Virus record (IMG/VR): IMGVR_UViG_3300028801_000007
Span: 37,251 to 101,250 of that record
Length of the DNA stretch: 64,000 bases
Reading direction: 5' to 3' (one strand)
From: a virus
Of the stretch, positions 27,852 through 37,885 are shown in pieces. Under the pieces are notes generated by a model. That model had not been told where the DNA came from. It saw nothing but the letters and a program-made list of their open reading frames with translations, and searched no databases. The position numbers and the translations under genes were made by a program. The number at the start of each line of letters is the position of its first letter. Position 1 is the stretch's first letter.

Positions 27852-28238
27852 TTAGCTCGCTGCGATACCGGCGACAGCAGCGGGTGCTGGAGTCGCAGCA
27901 GCCGTGCCGGTGATGTCGTTGCCAATTGCGGTTCCCACCGAAGTCGGGGTGAGCGCGCCGGGAGCCGCTAGCTTTGCGCTGATGGCGGCGAGCGCGGCAC
28001 TGATGAGCTGAGCAGCGGCCGGAACAGCGGCGTTTTCGATGGCGGGCAGGGTAGCTACCAGATTCGCAACGAATGCGGTTCCTTTGATCGTGGCGGATGC
28101 AGGGTTCACCCATTCTGCGGGATTGGCTTCGATATCTGCCAGCGTCGAATTGACGAGCGTCAGCACAGGCGGAAATGCTTCCGATGCGGCGAGTTGCGCG
28201 AGTTGCGCGAAAATCGATGATGCAGTGGTGCTGGACAT
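27852..28238 (-). CDS. Ala-rich hypothetical protein in the lysis region
   Basis: Co-oriented ORF with GAGGTG RBS. Confidence 0.6.
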   Translation of the reverse strand: MSSTTASSIFAQLAQLAASEAFPPVLTLVNSTLADIEANPAEWVNPASATIKGTAFVANLVATLPAIENAAVPAAAQLISAALAAISAKLAAPGALTPTSVGTAIGNDITGTAAATPAPAAVAGIAAS

Positions 28239-28294
28239 GGTGATCACCTCTTTACTAGGGTTGGACTGCGGAAAAACTTTTTTGCCGGTCTCGT

Positions 28295-28510
28295 CTATTT
28301 CTGCGCACCGGCCTGGGCCAAAGGGTCTGGCTCGACCGCTTGGAGTTTAGTGATTGCTTGGTATGCGCCGTGGAAGCCCAGCAAGGTGGCTACACCAGCC
28401 CCTAGCGCGATCGTAAGCGGTTGTGAGTCTGCCTTGCCCAAGATCACGAGAGCCGCCCATAAGCTATATAGGAAGCAGGAAACAATATATGTTGTTATGG
28501 TTGAATTCAT
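28295..28510 (-). CDS. putative holin (2 TM)
   Basis: Two hydrophobic helices; coupled to the endolysin. Confidence 0.55.
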   Translation of the reverse strand: MNSTITTYIVSCFLYSLWAALVILGKADSQPLTIALGAGVATLLGFHGAYQAITKLQAVEPDPLAQAGAQK

Positions 28511-29016
28511 GAAGCAACTCCGACCGATAAAGTGCCGCCAGCCAACTGATAGGCTGACATAAGCGTCGCGATAGTGTTCTGATGCTGACCGTACCCATTT
28601 CCGGGCAGGCTAGCCCAAATATTCGAGCACAAAGAAACTGCCTTCGGGAAATTACCGGCATCGATAAATGGAAGAGCGCCTCTTTCCCTGATCTGCTGCA
28701 ATGCAATCCTATCCTGCGAGATCGGGCTGAAGTCGGGCAAATTGAGGTTCGCTTGGTACGCGAGCCAGTATCGATAGAGAAGCTGATACCGGCCCGCAGC
28801 AGTAGATTGAAGTCCGCTGGTATTTACTGTCACCAGCACGTCAGGGTGCGACGCGTAGCTATCGAACCGCTGCGGTCCATTCATACCAGTTACGAGTACA
28901 TCATACCCATCGTCCAGGGTTGCAGGATCGGTCACAGTGCCTTCGCTCCCTGCGACCATATCCAAGAATGCAATTCGGTTCTGGCCTCCTGCCAGGTCGA
29001 TTGATATTCTAGCCAT
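28507..29016 (-). CDS. Lambda R-like endolysin (lytic transglycosylase)
   Basis: AFLDMVAGSEGT, STAAGRYQLL, DFSPISQD, WASLPG..YGQ. Confidence 0.92.
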   Translation of the reverse strand: MARISIDLAGGQNRIAFLDMVAGSEGTVTDPATLDDGYDVLVTGMNGPQRFDSYASHPDVLVTVNTSGLQSTAAGRYQLLYRYWLAYQANLNLPDFSPISQDRIALQQIRERGALPFIDAGNFPKAVSLCSNIWASLPGNGYGQHQNTIATLMSAYQLAGGTLSVGVAS

Positions 29017-29326
29017 GAGTCGTTACTCTGTGGCCTAGAAGTGAATCCAGCTTCGTTTCAAAGCGCACCATCGTTGCCGATAGAATCGTCTCCATGCGCT
29101 CCACCCCCGAGACGCGTGCAAACGTTTTTTCGACGTATGTCTCGAAACGCAGACTCTCTTCCTTGAACCTGTGCATCTCTTTCAAAAGCTCTATAACTTC
29201 CTTGCGGGCCTCATTCGCGTCGCCTTGTGCATTATCCACATGGCGCCATATGAGAGCACTAGCGCCTCCCACGACGATCACTAGGATGCCTGATATGATC
29301 AGGGCCCATCCACCGTCTAATGTCAT
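29009..29326 (-). CDS. single-TM coiled-coil protein (holin/antiholin-like)
   Basis: N-terminal TM followed by coiled coil; overlaps the endolysin start. Confidence 0.55.
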   Translation of the reverse strand: MTLDGGWALIISGILVIVVGGASALIWRHVDNAQGDANEARKEVIELLKEMHRFKEESLRFETYVEKTFARVSGVERMETILSATMVRFETKLDSLLGHRVTTHG

Positions 29327-29496
29327 GACTTCGCTCCGTGCGGAATATCGGTATGCAGACGATCGTTCGGCGTTAGGAACTCAACGCGAATGACAGTCAC
29401 GCCATCCTCTGCGAATTCTAGCGCCTTAACATGCGGACAAATATCGCCGTGGAAATGCGAACACCAGCGGCATGGAATCGCTTGATCAAGGCTCAT
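29323..29496 (-). CDS. 57-aa zinc-finger-like protein (not in ORF track)
   Basis: MSLDQAIPCRWCSHFHGDICPHVKALEF..DG...RVEF; GGAAG upstream and ATGA coupling downstream. Confidence 0.6.
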   Translation of the reverse strand: MSLDQAIPCRWCSHFHGDICPHVKALEFAEDGVTVIRVEFLTPNDRLHTDIPHGAKS

Positions 29497-29505
29497 TTTG
29501 CTTCC

Positions 29506-30117
29506 TTAGCGAATACGTCGAGCAGCAATGTATGCTGTTGCAGTCAAAGTGCTAACCGTAAACCCTGCAAATCCAACTACAAAAACTGTAGTTGGAGAAG
29601 AAATGTTGACGCGGGTAATTGGCAAAAAAGAAGACTGCTGATTGCCAGCTATGCTTGGGTAATTACTCACGGCCTTCAATGGTGAACTTGGAAGAGTGGC
29701 GGAAGTAACAGAAATTCCAGATACAGACTGCACAAAAATCGTCGTGCCAGCCGGATCATACTCAACATTCCCGCGAACATCCCAATCGCCAGGAGTTAGC
29801 GGAATGCTTATGATATTTGTCGATGTCGATGTCGAGAGAGAAACTGCCCCACTCTGTGCTGTTATGACCTCTCCTACGCTTCCAGCTGCCGCATTTGATG
29901 TATTAGTTACACCGATAATATTCGGAGTCGTGATTGTCGGAGATGATGCGCCAACTACCGCAGTCCAAGCCGGCGCGCTCGAAGCTCCGGTTGAAACTAT
30001 TGCCTGTCCACTTGTCGAACCAACCGGGCTTATCAGTTGGATCGGGAGATTTGTGGCAGCATGTGCACAGATCGATGCTGCACTGAACAGTGAGATAAAT
30101 AGTCGTTTCATTTTCAT
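29506..30117 (-). CDS. Tail-associated beta-rich protein with signal-peptide-like N-terminus
   Basis: MKMKRLFISLFSAASICAHA; SNAAAGSVGE...LTPGDWDV. Confidence 0.65.
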   Translation of the reverse strand: MKMKRLFISLFSAASICAHAATNLPIQLISPVGSTSGQAIVSTGASSAPAWTAVVGASSPTITTPNIIGVTNTSNAAAGSVGEVITAQSGAVSLSTSTSTNIISIPLTPGDWDVRGNVEYDPAGTTIFVQSVSGISVTSATLPSSPLKAVSNYPSIAGNQQSSFLPITRVNISSPTTVFVVGFAGFTVSTLTATAYIAARRIR

Positions 30118-30119
30118 CC

Positions 30120-32393
30120 TCAAGCGTAGACCTTCTTCACTTCCACTATCCAAGTGCCAGTACCGAAAGCTGCGGATGCAGCGCCGTTGACATTGGAAAG
30201 CATAAGCTCAACCTGATTGCTGGTCGTTACGAAGCCACTAGCGATACAAAATGGTATCGCATATGGCACCTTTACTGCTACGGAAGACCCTCCTACCGCG
30301 CCAGGCACTGTAACTGTTCCGGGAAACAGAACGGTACTATTGCCGGGCACAGAACCTGGCGCCCAAGACACGCTCCCAGTCAGCTTTGAGTTCTCGTAAG
30401 TTGCGATAAAACTTGATGCTGGAGCGATCGACAGAACGCCAGAATTGGAAAGATCATTTGCTCCGCCGTAAATCGTCCCGCCATTGATCGTGAGTGCCCC
30501 ATCTAGTAGTGTCTGCCCATTATTCATATGGACTTCGGCATTGTTCACTATCGATGATCCGGAGCTAGTGAGGATCATCTTCAATTGCGCTCCGGACAGC
30601 GTATTAACCTTTACCTTCATGCCATCGTGAGTGGTGCCCGATGTGTTTAGGATATATGCCGAACCTGTCAGGCCCGCCGAGGTGCAGTCGAATACGAGGC
30701 CTTCTGTATTTCCGGTAAGTGCTGCGATTGCTGGGAATGATTCAAAATCCCCAGTGAATCGTATGTTTGAGCAGTTCTGGTAACCATCCGCCGATGACAA
30801 AATCGTCATGGCTGCGGCTATGGCGCCGCCTAGAGCGCCATTTAGAGACCAATTGCACTGATCAAATGTGGTATCGGCCACTCCCTGTAAGAAGCAGCCC
30901 GTTCCGTTCCTAGCCAAGAAAATACATTGCCTAAACGTTTTGTCGGTATTGCTGAACGTAGTGTTAGCGACTGTCGCGTACGTTGACACGAAACTTAACT
31001 CATTCGCCAATGTGGAAGCATAAGGAGTGTCGGAAAGAAACCAGCACATATCGAACAGACAATTTTCCATGCAGTTGTCTGCTAGCGCGATAGACCCCGC
31101 GCTACTTCCTGAGCTTGACGGCAACTCAATGATCATCTTGAACATCGAGTTGAATATGGCGAAGCCGACTACAGTTGACCTCGCGTACAGACAGCCTAGC
31201 GTCGAAAAACCAGTCGCGGCGCCATTGGAAAACCAGCGCATATGCTCTAGATGTAGGAATTGACAGCCAGTCATATCGGCCATCCATGTGCCCGTCTGGA
31301 ATAGAAGCGTTGTCCCCGTATTTTGTTCTAAGTATCCCCCGTCGCCACTTATGACTAAAGGCACGCTCCCACGATTCGTGAAGTTGAGCGTCTTGGTAAT
31401 CAGATAGGTGCCAGCCGGCACGCTGATCCGAGTGGCGCCCGAGTTGATGGCGCTCTGGAATGCTGTCGTATCGTCAGTTGTACCATTGCCGGTTGCCCCG
31501 AAATCCTTTACCGAGACCGAATTTGAAAGCCGTGCCTGGACAGTTTCAGCGACGGCGCCAGTGTAGGGCGCAGTATAGGAAAGCTTGGATGCCTCGATCC
31601 CTGCATTGGCGGCTACGGTGGAATCTGTAACTGTCCCTGTTCCGGGTGCACCAATACTGACTGTAGTGCCTCCTTTTATGTAGATAGCTTGAACACCAAT
31701 GGGGATAGGAGCATTGAAGGTCAACGTGAAATTATTGAGGCCAAACGTATCCTCTCCCTGCGAGGCAGCATCGAACTGGATCCATAGATTCGACTTGCTG
31801 CCATAGAAACCGACCAGGGTCAGGACCGTGCTGAATCCAGGCGCAAACTGATCTGTGCCTGCCGAGGACATTGGCTCAGAGGCGACGGTTTGCGGTGTGC
31901 TGACGGTCCATGAGGTACCGGCCCCCCCCGTGATCGTCGTTCCTGCGGTTACACCAGCGCCGAACAACGTCTGACCAATGGCAACCGATCCGGTCACTCC
32001 GCTGATAGTCAATGCAGTTCCAGTGATGGAACCGGTAAATGTTGGTCCGGCCAGGAATGGGCCTTCGTCGGTCATGCTGCCTGTTTCTGCCCCGCCGCTT
32101 GTGACATTTTCGGCAACCCAAATTTGATTTCCGTGTGCATCGAATAGCGTGAAGGTATAAACGACCGCATCGAAAAGGAAAAGCTGACTCGATACACCGG
32201 ACGAATTGGAAATCTCGCCACGGGAGTTCAAAGGGATCGGATTAGGCAGCGGAGTGCTACCAGCAGCATCCTCGAATGTTGGATAGTTGACGCCGCCAAC
32301 CTGGGTTAGCAGACTTCCACCGACATTTGGTAGCCCCGCATTATTGAAAAATTGCAATATTGCGTCAGGTGCCTGAACGACAGACGTTCCCAT
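30120..32393 (-). CDS. Tailspike / depolymerase with pectate-lyase-like beta-helix
   Basis: N-terminal virion-binding region (PNPIPLNSRG); SVKDFGATGNGTTDDTTAFQSAI...VPAGTYLI. Confidence 0.85.
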   Translation of the reverse strand: MGTSVVQAPDAILQFFNNAGLPNVGGSLLTQVGGVNYPTFEDAAGSTPLPNPIPLNSRGEISNSSGVSSQLFLFDAVVYTFTLFDAHGNQIWVAENVTSGGAETGSMTDEGPFLAGPTFTGSITGTALTISGVTGSVAIGQTLFGAGVTAGTTITGGAGTSWTVSTPQTVASEPMSSAGTDQFAPGFSTVLTLVGFYGSKSNLWIQFDAASQGEDTFGLNNFTLTFNAPIPIGVQAIYIKGGTTVSIGAPGTGTVTDSTVAANAGIEASKLSYTAPYTGAVAETVQARLSNSVSVKDFGATGNGTTDDTTAFQSAINSGATRISVPAGTYLITKTLNFTNRGSVPLVISGDGGYLEQNTGTTLLFQTGTWMADMTGCQFLHLEHMRWFSNGAATGFSTLGCLYARSTVVGFAIFNSMFKMIIELPSSSGSSAGSIALADNCMENCLFDMCWFLSDTPYASTLANELSFVSTYATVANTTFSNTDKTFRQCIFLARNGTGCFLQGVADTTFDQCNWSLNGALGGAIAAAMTILSSADGYQNCSNIRFTGDFESFPAIAALTGNTEGLVFDCTSAGLTGSAYILNTSGTTHDGMKVKVNTLSGAQLKMILTSSGSSIVNNAEVHMNNGQTLLDGALTINGGTIYGGANDLSNSGVLSIAPASSFIATYENSKLTGSVSWAPGSVPGNSTVLFPGTVTVPGAVGGSSVAVKVPYAIPFCIASGFVTTSNQVELMLSNVNGAASAAFGTGTWIVEVKKVYA

Positions 32394-32433
32394 GATATTA
32401 TCCAGAAACAGTATTTATGGTTAGGAGCGGTAG

Positions 32434-32946
32434 ATGCCGAATAAAAATACACGGATCCAACCGGGCGAAGTTCATGGCGAACTGACCGCTATTCGAAGAA
32501 TTCCTAGGGGATCGGGGGATGGGAAGTCGACGCAGTGGCTCTGTAAATGCTCTTGTGGAAACGAAAAAATCATCAGTGGTTTCCGGCAAAGCGTGCTCAT
32601 ATCTTGCGGATGTGTTACTCCGACAGGAAGGAAGTATATTCGGAGCGGAAAATCTAATACGCCTCTTTATTGGGTATGGCGAGCAATGATAGATCGCTGC
32701 AACAATCCGGAAAATCCAGCCTTCCATTGCTATGGTGGCAGGGGAATAGTCGTCTGTGATAGATGGCTGAATTTCCCATATTTTCTCGCTGACGTCGGAG
32801 AAAGGCCCGGGAATCTCGAAATTGATCGCGTCGATAATGATGGGCCATACGCGCCGAATAATTTCCGTTGGGCGACCAGAAAAGAGCAACTCGCTAATAA
32901 GCGCGGCGGAAGAGACGAAAGAACGGGCCGCTTTACAAAGGCATAG
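32434..32946 (+). CDS. HNH-type homing endonuclease, antisense to the late operon
   Basis: WLCKCSCG..SCGC; YGGRGIVVCDRW; EIDRVDNDGPYAPNNFRWAT. Confidence 0.85.
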   Translation: MPNKNTRIQPGEVHGELTAIRRIPRGSGDGKSTQWLCKCSCGNEKIISGFRQSVLISCGCVTPTGRKYIRSGKSNTPLYWVWRAMIDRCNNPENPAFHCYGGRGIVVCDRWLNFPYFLADVGERPGNLEIDRVDNDGPYAPNNFRWATRKEQLANKRGGRDERTGRFTKA

Positions 32947-32954
32947 GGAAACCA

Positions 32955-35588
32955 TTAAGGATTCCCCTTTGTTTTATTGAGTAATTGATTGAGCGGAACC
33001 GACTTAAGTCCGGCACCCGGCTCAAGCGAGCTGGCCACGGATTTTGCATCAGCACGCCTTGCGAGTGCCTGCCGGGTCCATGTTCCAACGGGAATCCCAT
33101 GAGCCGCAACGTTAGCCGCACCCTCTGCCGATGACTTGGCAGCGTTTGCGACCGACGCAACAAATGTGTTGCTGTTATTGACATAGCTGCCTCGCGGTTG
33201 CTCCTGCGTGTAGCGCGCAACATTGCCGAGTTTCTCGACCGTCTGCGATGCCTCTGGACCGAGCACAATGCGCGTCTTATCGCCCAAGTTTTGAAGGGAT
33301 TTATTCAGGCCCGCTTGACTGATATTCCCCGACCCAGTGCGTAGGTCGACACCGGCCTGGCTCCTGATATGGTCCATCAACCCGGAAGCGACGAGCTCCG
33401 AATTGACCGGATCATTCGACAGGTTCTGCATCATGTTCTGTACGTTTGAAGTCTTCCCGCCAGCCACGTACTTGCGCACGAAGTCATCGGCCAGCGCAGA
33501 AGGCTCTCCCGCGGGCGCTATATCGTTCACTGCGGCTTTGTAGGCTGGGTCCGAGTCCATCGCTTGGAAACGCGCTCGCGCACTCGCCTGCGCGGTCTTG
33601 TACGCTGCGAAGGCGTCCGATCCCGCCGCCGAAGGGTCAAGCTGAGAATTCACGACGCTATCGCGCAGTGCGCCGATGTCGTGCCGAACTGAACCATCCG
33701 TGGCGCCGCGCATGGCTCCCGAGAGCGTTTTATCGATATCCATCAAGTCGCCGACATTCATCGGACGCACTGACGAACCGTTCTGCTCGAAGCCAGCCGG
33801 GAGAGATACCTGATTGGCGCTTGCGTCGCGGAAGATCTGTTGAACGTTAGATGGCAGCGCATTGAACCGTGTGGGACCGATCTGCGAAGCGAAATCTTTC
33901 ATCTGCGGCGCAGCGTTGACCAAAGCGGGTGTGCCGTCGGCGCCGCGTGCCTTGGAATACAGATCAGAAATCTGCTGCGTGATCGGCGCGTCCATCTGCT
34001 TGTATGCATCAACAAGCGCTTGTCCCGTCGGCGCGCCAGAGGGAACATTTACGTTTGGCGAGACTTGATCCCGGATCGCACTGAGGTTGTCAGCGATCTG
34101 GCCATTCTGCATATTGAAGCGGTTCGCCAGTTCAGGGTTCTTTCCTCGAGCATTCAATTCGTCGGAGAGTAAACGCACGTCGCTACTCGCTTGTCCGGCA
34201 GTCAGATCGATCGGAACTGGCAAAGAACCGGCCTCGATGTGCCGGCCTGCTGAGACGGGGTTCAAGGTGCCACTCTTTTCCGCCGCGGCAATTTTCCCGA
34301 CAAGCGCATCGGGAACGCCCTCGGCCGCAGCCTGCTGCGCGAACGAGGTTCCCGCCGCGCCCATACTCGGACGGCCTGCAGCACCAGCGCCTACAACAGG
34401 TATAGATGCTTGCCCAGCAGCTTGCTCGGTAGCGACTTGTTGAGGCGTCTTGATCCCAGTCGCCACGCTGGTCGCGTTCTTGAGGTCGCCCGCTGTCTGC
34501 CCAACTGCTTTCGCGGCATCAGACGCTGCATCTCCGACAGCGCCAGCCGCAGCCTTTATGCCTTGGCCAGCAGCAGAAGCGGCGTAGCCGATTTCGTTCG
34601 CCACGCCTTTCGCTAGCGGAGCAGCGAGGTGAGCCGCACCGGGGACCAACATCGATGCAGACCCCACCATATTGGAAACGTCTTGCGGCGGTAGACCGGT
34701 TGCACTGGCCACTGCATTAACGCCTTTCCCGACCACATTGCCTACGGCCTGCGTAGCTTGCTGTGATGCTTCATTCTGGTACTCGGGCGTGTTGGTCACG
34801 CCGAAAGCGTTGCCGACAGGATGGACTGATCCGCCGAAGTCGCCTGCGGAGCTCTGCTGCGCTTGCTGGGGATTCTGTCCAAATGCACGACGAACAGCGT
34901 AGTCAGCGGCGCCAGCAGCAGCGCCAGGAGCGCCTAGCACTGTATCTGCGAGTCCAGCCGTCGACCGGCCTAGGCCAGCGAGAAATCCGCCTTGCGCCGG
35001 AGGCTGCTTATCAGGTGCGGGCGCGGCAGGTTGCGCAACCTTCGAAGGTTGCGATGGACCCTGCTGGAGCGTCGAGAATAGATCCGACATTGGACCCGAG
35101 TCGCTCTGTGGCTGAGCACCGGAGTTCGACTGCCCTGGAATCGTCGGTGCCGGCGCGCTTTGCTGGCCCGTTACACCGCTCATCGCCTTCGCGACATACT
35201 GTGTAGGGTCGGCGGTCTTGAACCCGCCATAGGCCTTCAAAGCGCCTTCATAGCTGCCGCCGTTCTGCCCTTTGAGTTGCTGCAAATAGTAGTCGGCAGC
35301 ATTACGCGCTTCTTGCGGGTCGAATGGGTTGAACTTGACGCCCTGCTTTTGCAGCATGGCTACAGTGGATGGGGTGAATTGGTACGGACCCATGGCCTGG
35401 GTTTTCGGGTTAATAGCATACTGGTCGCCGCTGCTTTCCTCGCACGCGAGATTGTCGAGCAGCTTTGCTGGCGTGCCATAGCTCTGGGAGGGACTGAATG
35501 CGCCACTAGCCGACGACGCAGCCGGCGCTGGTCCGGCCGGCGACGCGCTCGGGTTTCCGCTTTGGATCGTGGCGAGCAGATCGTCCAT
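32955..35588 (-). CDS. Large ejection (internal virion) protein with N-terminal lytic transglycosylase domain
   Basis: EESSG...AMGPYQF.P.T...FDP..A...YL...ALKAY SLT motifs; position as P22 gp16. Confidence 0.8.
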   Translation of the reverse strand: MDDLLATIQSGNPSASPAGPAPAASSASGAFSPSQSYGTPAKLLDNLACEESSGDQYAINPKTQAMGPYQFTPSTVAMLQKQGVKFNPFDPQEARNAADYYLQQLKGQNGGSYEGALKAYGGFKTADPTQYVAKAMSGVTGQQSAPAPTIPGQSNSGAQPQSDSGPMSDLFSTLQQGPSQPSKVAQPAAPAPDKQPPAQGGFLAGLGRSTAGLADTVLGAPGAAAGAADYAVRRAFGQNPQQAQQSSAGDFGGSVHPVGNAFGVTNTPEYQNEASQQATQAVGNVVGKGVNAVASATGLPPQDVSNMVGSASMLVPGAAHLAAPLAKGVANEIGYAASAAGQGIKAAAGAVGDAASDAAKAVGQTAGDLKNATSVATGIKTPQQVATEQAAGQASIPVVGAGAAGRPSMGAAGTSFAQQAAAEGVPDALVGKIAAAEKSGTLNPVSAGRHIEAGSLPVPIDLTAGQASSDVRLLSDELNARGKNPELANRFNMQNGQIADNLSAIRDQVSPNVNVPSGAPTGQALVDAYKQMDAPITQQISDLYSKARGADGTPALVNAAPQMKDFASQIGPTRFNALPSNVQQIFRDASANQVSLPAGFEQNGSSVRPMNVGDLMDIDKTLSGAMRGATDGSVRHDIGALRDSVVNSQLDPSAAGSDAFAAYKTAQASARARFQAMDSDPAYKAAVNDIAPAGEPSALADDFVRKYVAGGKTSNVQNMMQNLSNDPVNSELVASGLMDHIRSQAGVDLRTGSGNISQAGLNKSLQNLGDKTRIVLGPEASQTVEKLGNVARYTQEQPRGSYVNNSNTFVASVANAAKSSAEGAANVAAHGIPVGTWTRQALARRADAKSVASSLEPGAGLKSVPLNQLLNKTKGNP

Positions 35589-37084
35589 TACTGAGAACCG
35601 CCAGTATTAGACAGTTTCTGGAGGTTCTGAGCCTTCTGCATCATGTCGTTGTAGCCTTTTGAGTTCAGGCCGCCCAACTGCTTAACGATAGCCTGCTGCT
35701 CGCCAGTGTCACCAGCCTTGATCGCGTTGTAGTACTTGAAGATGTTCGGGTCGAAGTTCGCGCCCCATTGCTGGTCGAACTGGCGCTTGGCGATAACGCC
35801 AGCAGACGGATTCGCAGCGATGGCGCGTTCTAGGCCAGGCTGATACGCCTGTACGCCAGTCGTAAGAGCATCGTTCAGCTTCGTCACTTCTTTGATAGCA
35901 GCGGGCGTATAGCCAAGCGAACCGTTAGCCTTGATCTGCGCGTCTAGACCAGCATTTGTATTCGGCCCCATCGACTGTGCTGCCTGCAATGCGGAGCGCT
36001 CCAAGCCCTTACCCACCAAGTCATATGCAGTTGCCGCATCGGTATCTTGGCCAAGCCCAAAGACGTTGAGGGCGGCGCGTGCCTTCTGGCCGACAGCGCC
36101 GGTTGCCGCAACGTTATCGATATTCTGCAGGACCAGTTGATTGTTGGTGTGAGCAGAAGGAGCGCTTGTGTATGCATTGCGCGCCGCCTCGCGCTCGGCA
36201 GAGAGTCCGGGAATCGCTTGTGCGTCTCCGGGTTGCGGGACGTAGACGTTCTGCGTCGGCGCATTCGTGATCCCGGTAACTTGCCCCTGTCCATTCTTGT
36301 TGACCACAGTGGGGCCACCGGTCAGTGCATTGGTGCCGACTTGCGAACGCTCACCCAGCGGGATGCCCTGCGCCGTTTCTGGTCCGACCGCGCCCATTGG
36401 GACAGCGGAAAGCGGATTAGTCTGTACTGCCTGGACGCCGCCGCCTGGGCCGGTTGTAGTACGTATGCCCGGTGTTTGTTCCGCCACCGTAGTAGCCGCA
36501 GGCTGGAATTGCTGAGCCAGACGCTGGATTGCCATATTCCGCTGATCCATAGGCATCTGCGGATTGAGGTTTTGCGATAGTGCTTTGACGCGTGAGACCG
36601 CACTAGCAGCAGTTGGATTCTGCTGCGCATACGCATCCAGAGCCGGCCCAACCGTCGCCACAGGATCGGGCGAGCCGACGCCTGAGCGAATGATTCCGGA
36701 TAGATCATTGTTCACGTTCTGGCTCAGTCCGCGGATTGAGTCATTCAGTTTGATGTGATTATCCTGCGTTTGGATGATCGACTGCAGCACACCTTGCCCC
36801 GTCAGAGGCAGCGATGTATTGGCAAATTTCGACATCGCAACCGGATCAATCTGGCCGCTAGAGTCTTTTACTGAGGTTCCATCTGGCGCCGTGCCACTTG
36901 CTAACGTTTGCTGCAATAGCTGCCGCTCCTGCATCTGCTGCTGAGCCTGCTGCGCTTGCGCTTGCCCGACCTGCAACTGTTGCTGCTGATTCTTGAGACT
37001 CAAGATCCCGGACAACGATTGTGTAAGCTGGTTAGGGTTCGGCGGTGTTATACCGGTAGCGACTGGGGAGCCGAAGTCGGGCAT
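35588..37084 (-). CDS. Ejection protein (P22 gp20-like position)
   Basis: Gln/Ala/Gly-rich; synteny. Confidence 0.65.
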   Translation of the reverse strand: MPDFGSPVATGITPPNPNQLTQSLSGILSLKNQQQQLQVGQAQAQQAQQQMQERQLLQQTLASGTAPDGTSVKDSSGQIDPVAMSKFANTSLPLTGQGVLQSIIQTQDNHIKLNDSIRGLSQNVNNDLSGIIRSGVGSPDPVATVGPALDAYAQQNPTAASAVSRVKALSQNLNPQMPMDQRNMAIQRLAQQFQPAATTVAEQTPGIRTTTGPGGGVQAVQTNPLSAVPMGAVGPETAQGIPLGERSQVGTNALTGGPTVVNKNGQGQVTGITNAPTQNVYVPQPGDAQAIPGLSAEREAARNAYTSAPSAHTNNQLVLQNIDNVAATGAVGQKARAALNVFGLGQDTDAATAYDLVGKGLERSALQAAQSMGPNTNAGLDAQIKANGSLGYTPAAIKEVTKLNDALTTGVQAYQPGLERAIAANPSAGVIAKRQFDQQWGANFDPNIFKYYNAIKAGDTGEQQAIVKQLGGLNSKGYNDMMQKAQNLQKLSNTGGSQ

Positions 37085-37093
37085 GATTTCTCC

Positions 37094-37885
37094 TTAGAAT
37101 CCAGCGTCTTCAGCAGTTAGGCCGGCAGGAGTGGCACTCCCCTGAATGGCACTCCCTCCCTGGTTAGCGCTCAATATGCTATTCAAAGCAAAAGCGTTAC
37201 CCGCGCCACTTATTCCGGCTCCAGCGGCATTTGCCGCACCCACGGTACCGGCCGCCTGTGCCGCGCCGCCTGCTGCAGTCGCCTGAGCTGCACCGGTTCC
37301 CAGTTGCGTCCCTGCCGTCCCAACATTGCTCGCCGCATTCTGTCCCAAGCCAGCGATGCCGGAAAGGCGTGAGAAAATATTATTCTGCGCAGTCTGCTGA
37401 GTATTAAAGTTCGTCGTGTATGCGCCCAACGCTTGATTGTAATAATTGTTGTAATACTGCTCGGCGTTACCAGTTGCATAGTTGGTCAAAGCTTGCAGGG
37501 CAGGTCCAGACAGCGCCCCAACGTTCGGCGCTATTGCGTTCTGCGTCTGCTGCAATCCCTGGCTTTGAGAAAATTGATACCCGGGCGAACTTGTGATGCT
37601 CGATGGATTGAATGAAAACGGCGCTGGCCCAGCTTGCGACAAGTAACCATTGCCAGAGCCACCGGGCGTCAGTCCAAGCAATTGCGACAGTGAATTAGTT
37701 GCGCTGACCCCAGCCGACATGAACGGCTGTTCCTGCCCGTTGATGGTATTGAACATCGCCATCTGCTGAGCAGAGGCAGCGCTATCTGCGCCAGCCTGCG
37801 TATTAGCAGCAGACTCAGCGCCACTTGCAGATATAGCAGCGCTGCCAACCGTAGCGGCCCCAACTGCGATTGCAGCACCTACCAT
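37094..37885 (-). CDS. Ejection protein (P22 gp7-like)
   Basis: Gly/Ala-rich N-terminus, SPGYQF..SQG, LSG..LQAL..Y motifs. Confidence 0.75.
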   Translation of the reverse strand: MVGAAIAVGAATVGSAAISASGAESAANTQAGADSAASAQQMAMFNTINGQEQPFMSAGVSATNSLSQLLGLTPGGSGNGYLSQAGPAPFSFNPSSITSSPGYQFSQSQGLQQTQNAIAPNVGALSGPALQALTNYATGNAEQYYNNYYNQALGAYTTNFNTQQTAQNNIFSRLSGIAGLGQNAASNVGTAGTQLGTGAAQATAAGGAAQAAGTVGAANAAGAGISGAGNAFALNSILSANQGGSAIQGSATPAGLTAEDAGF

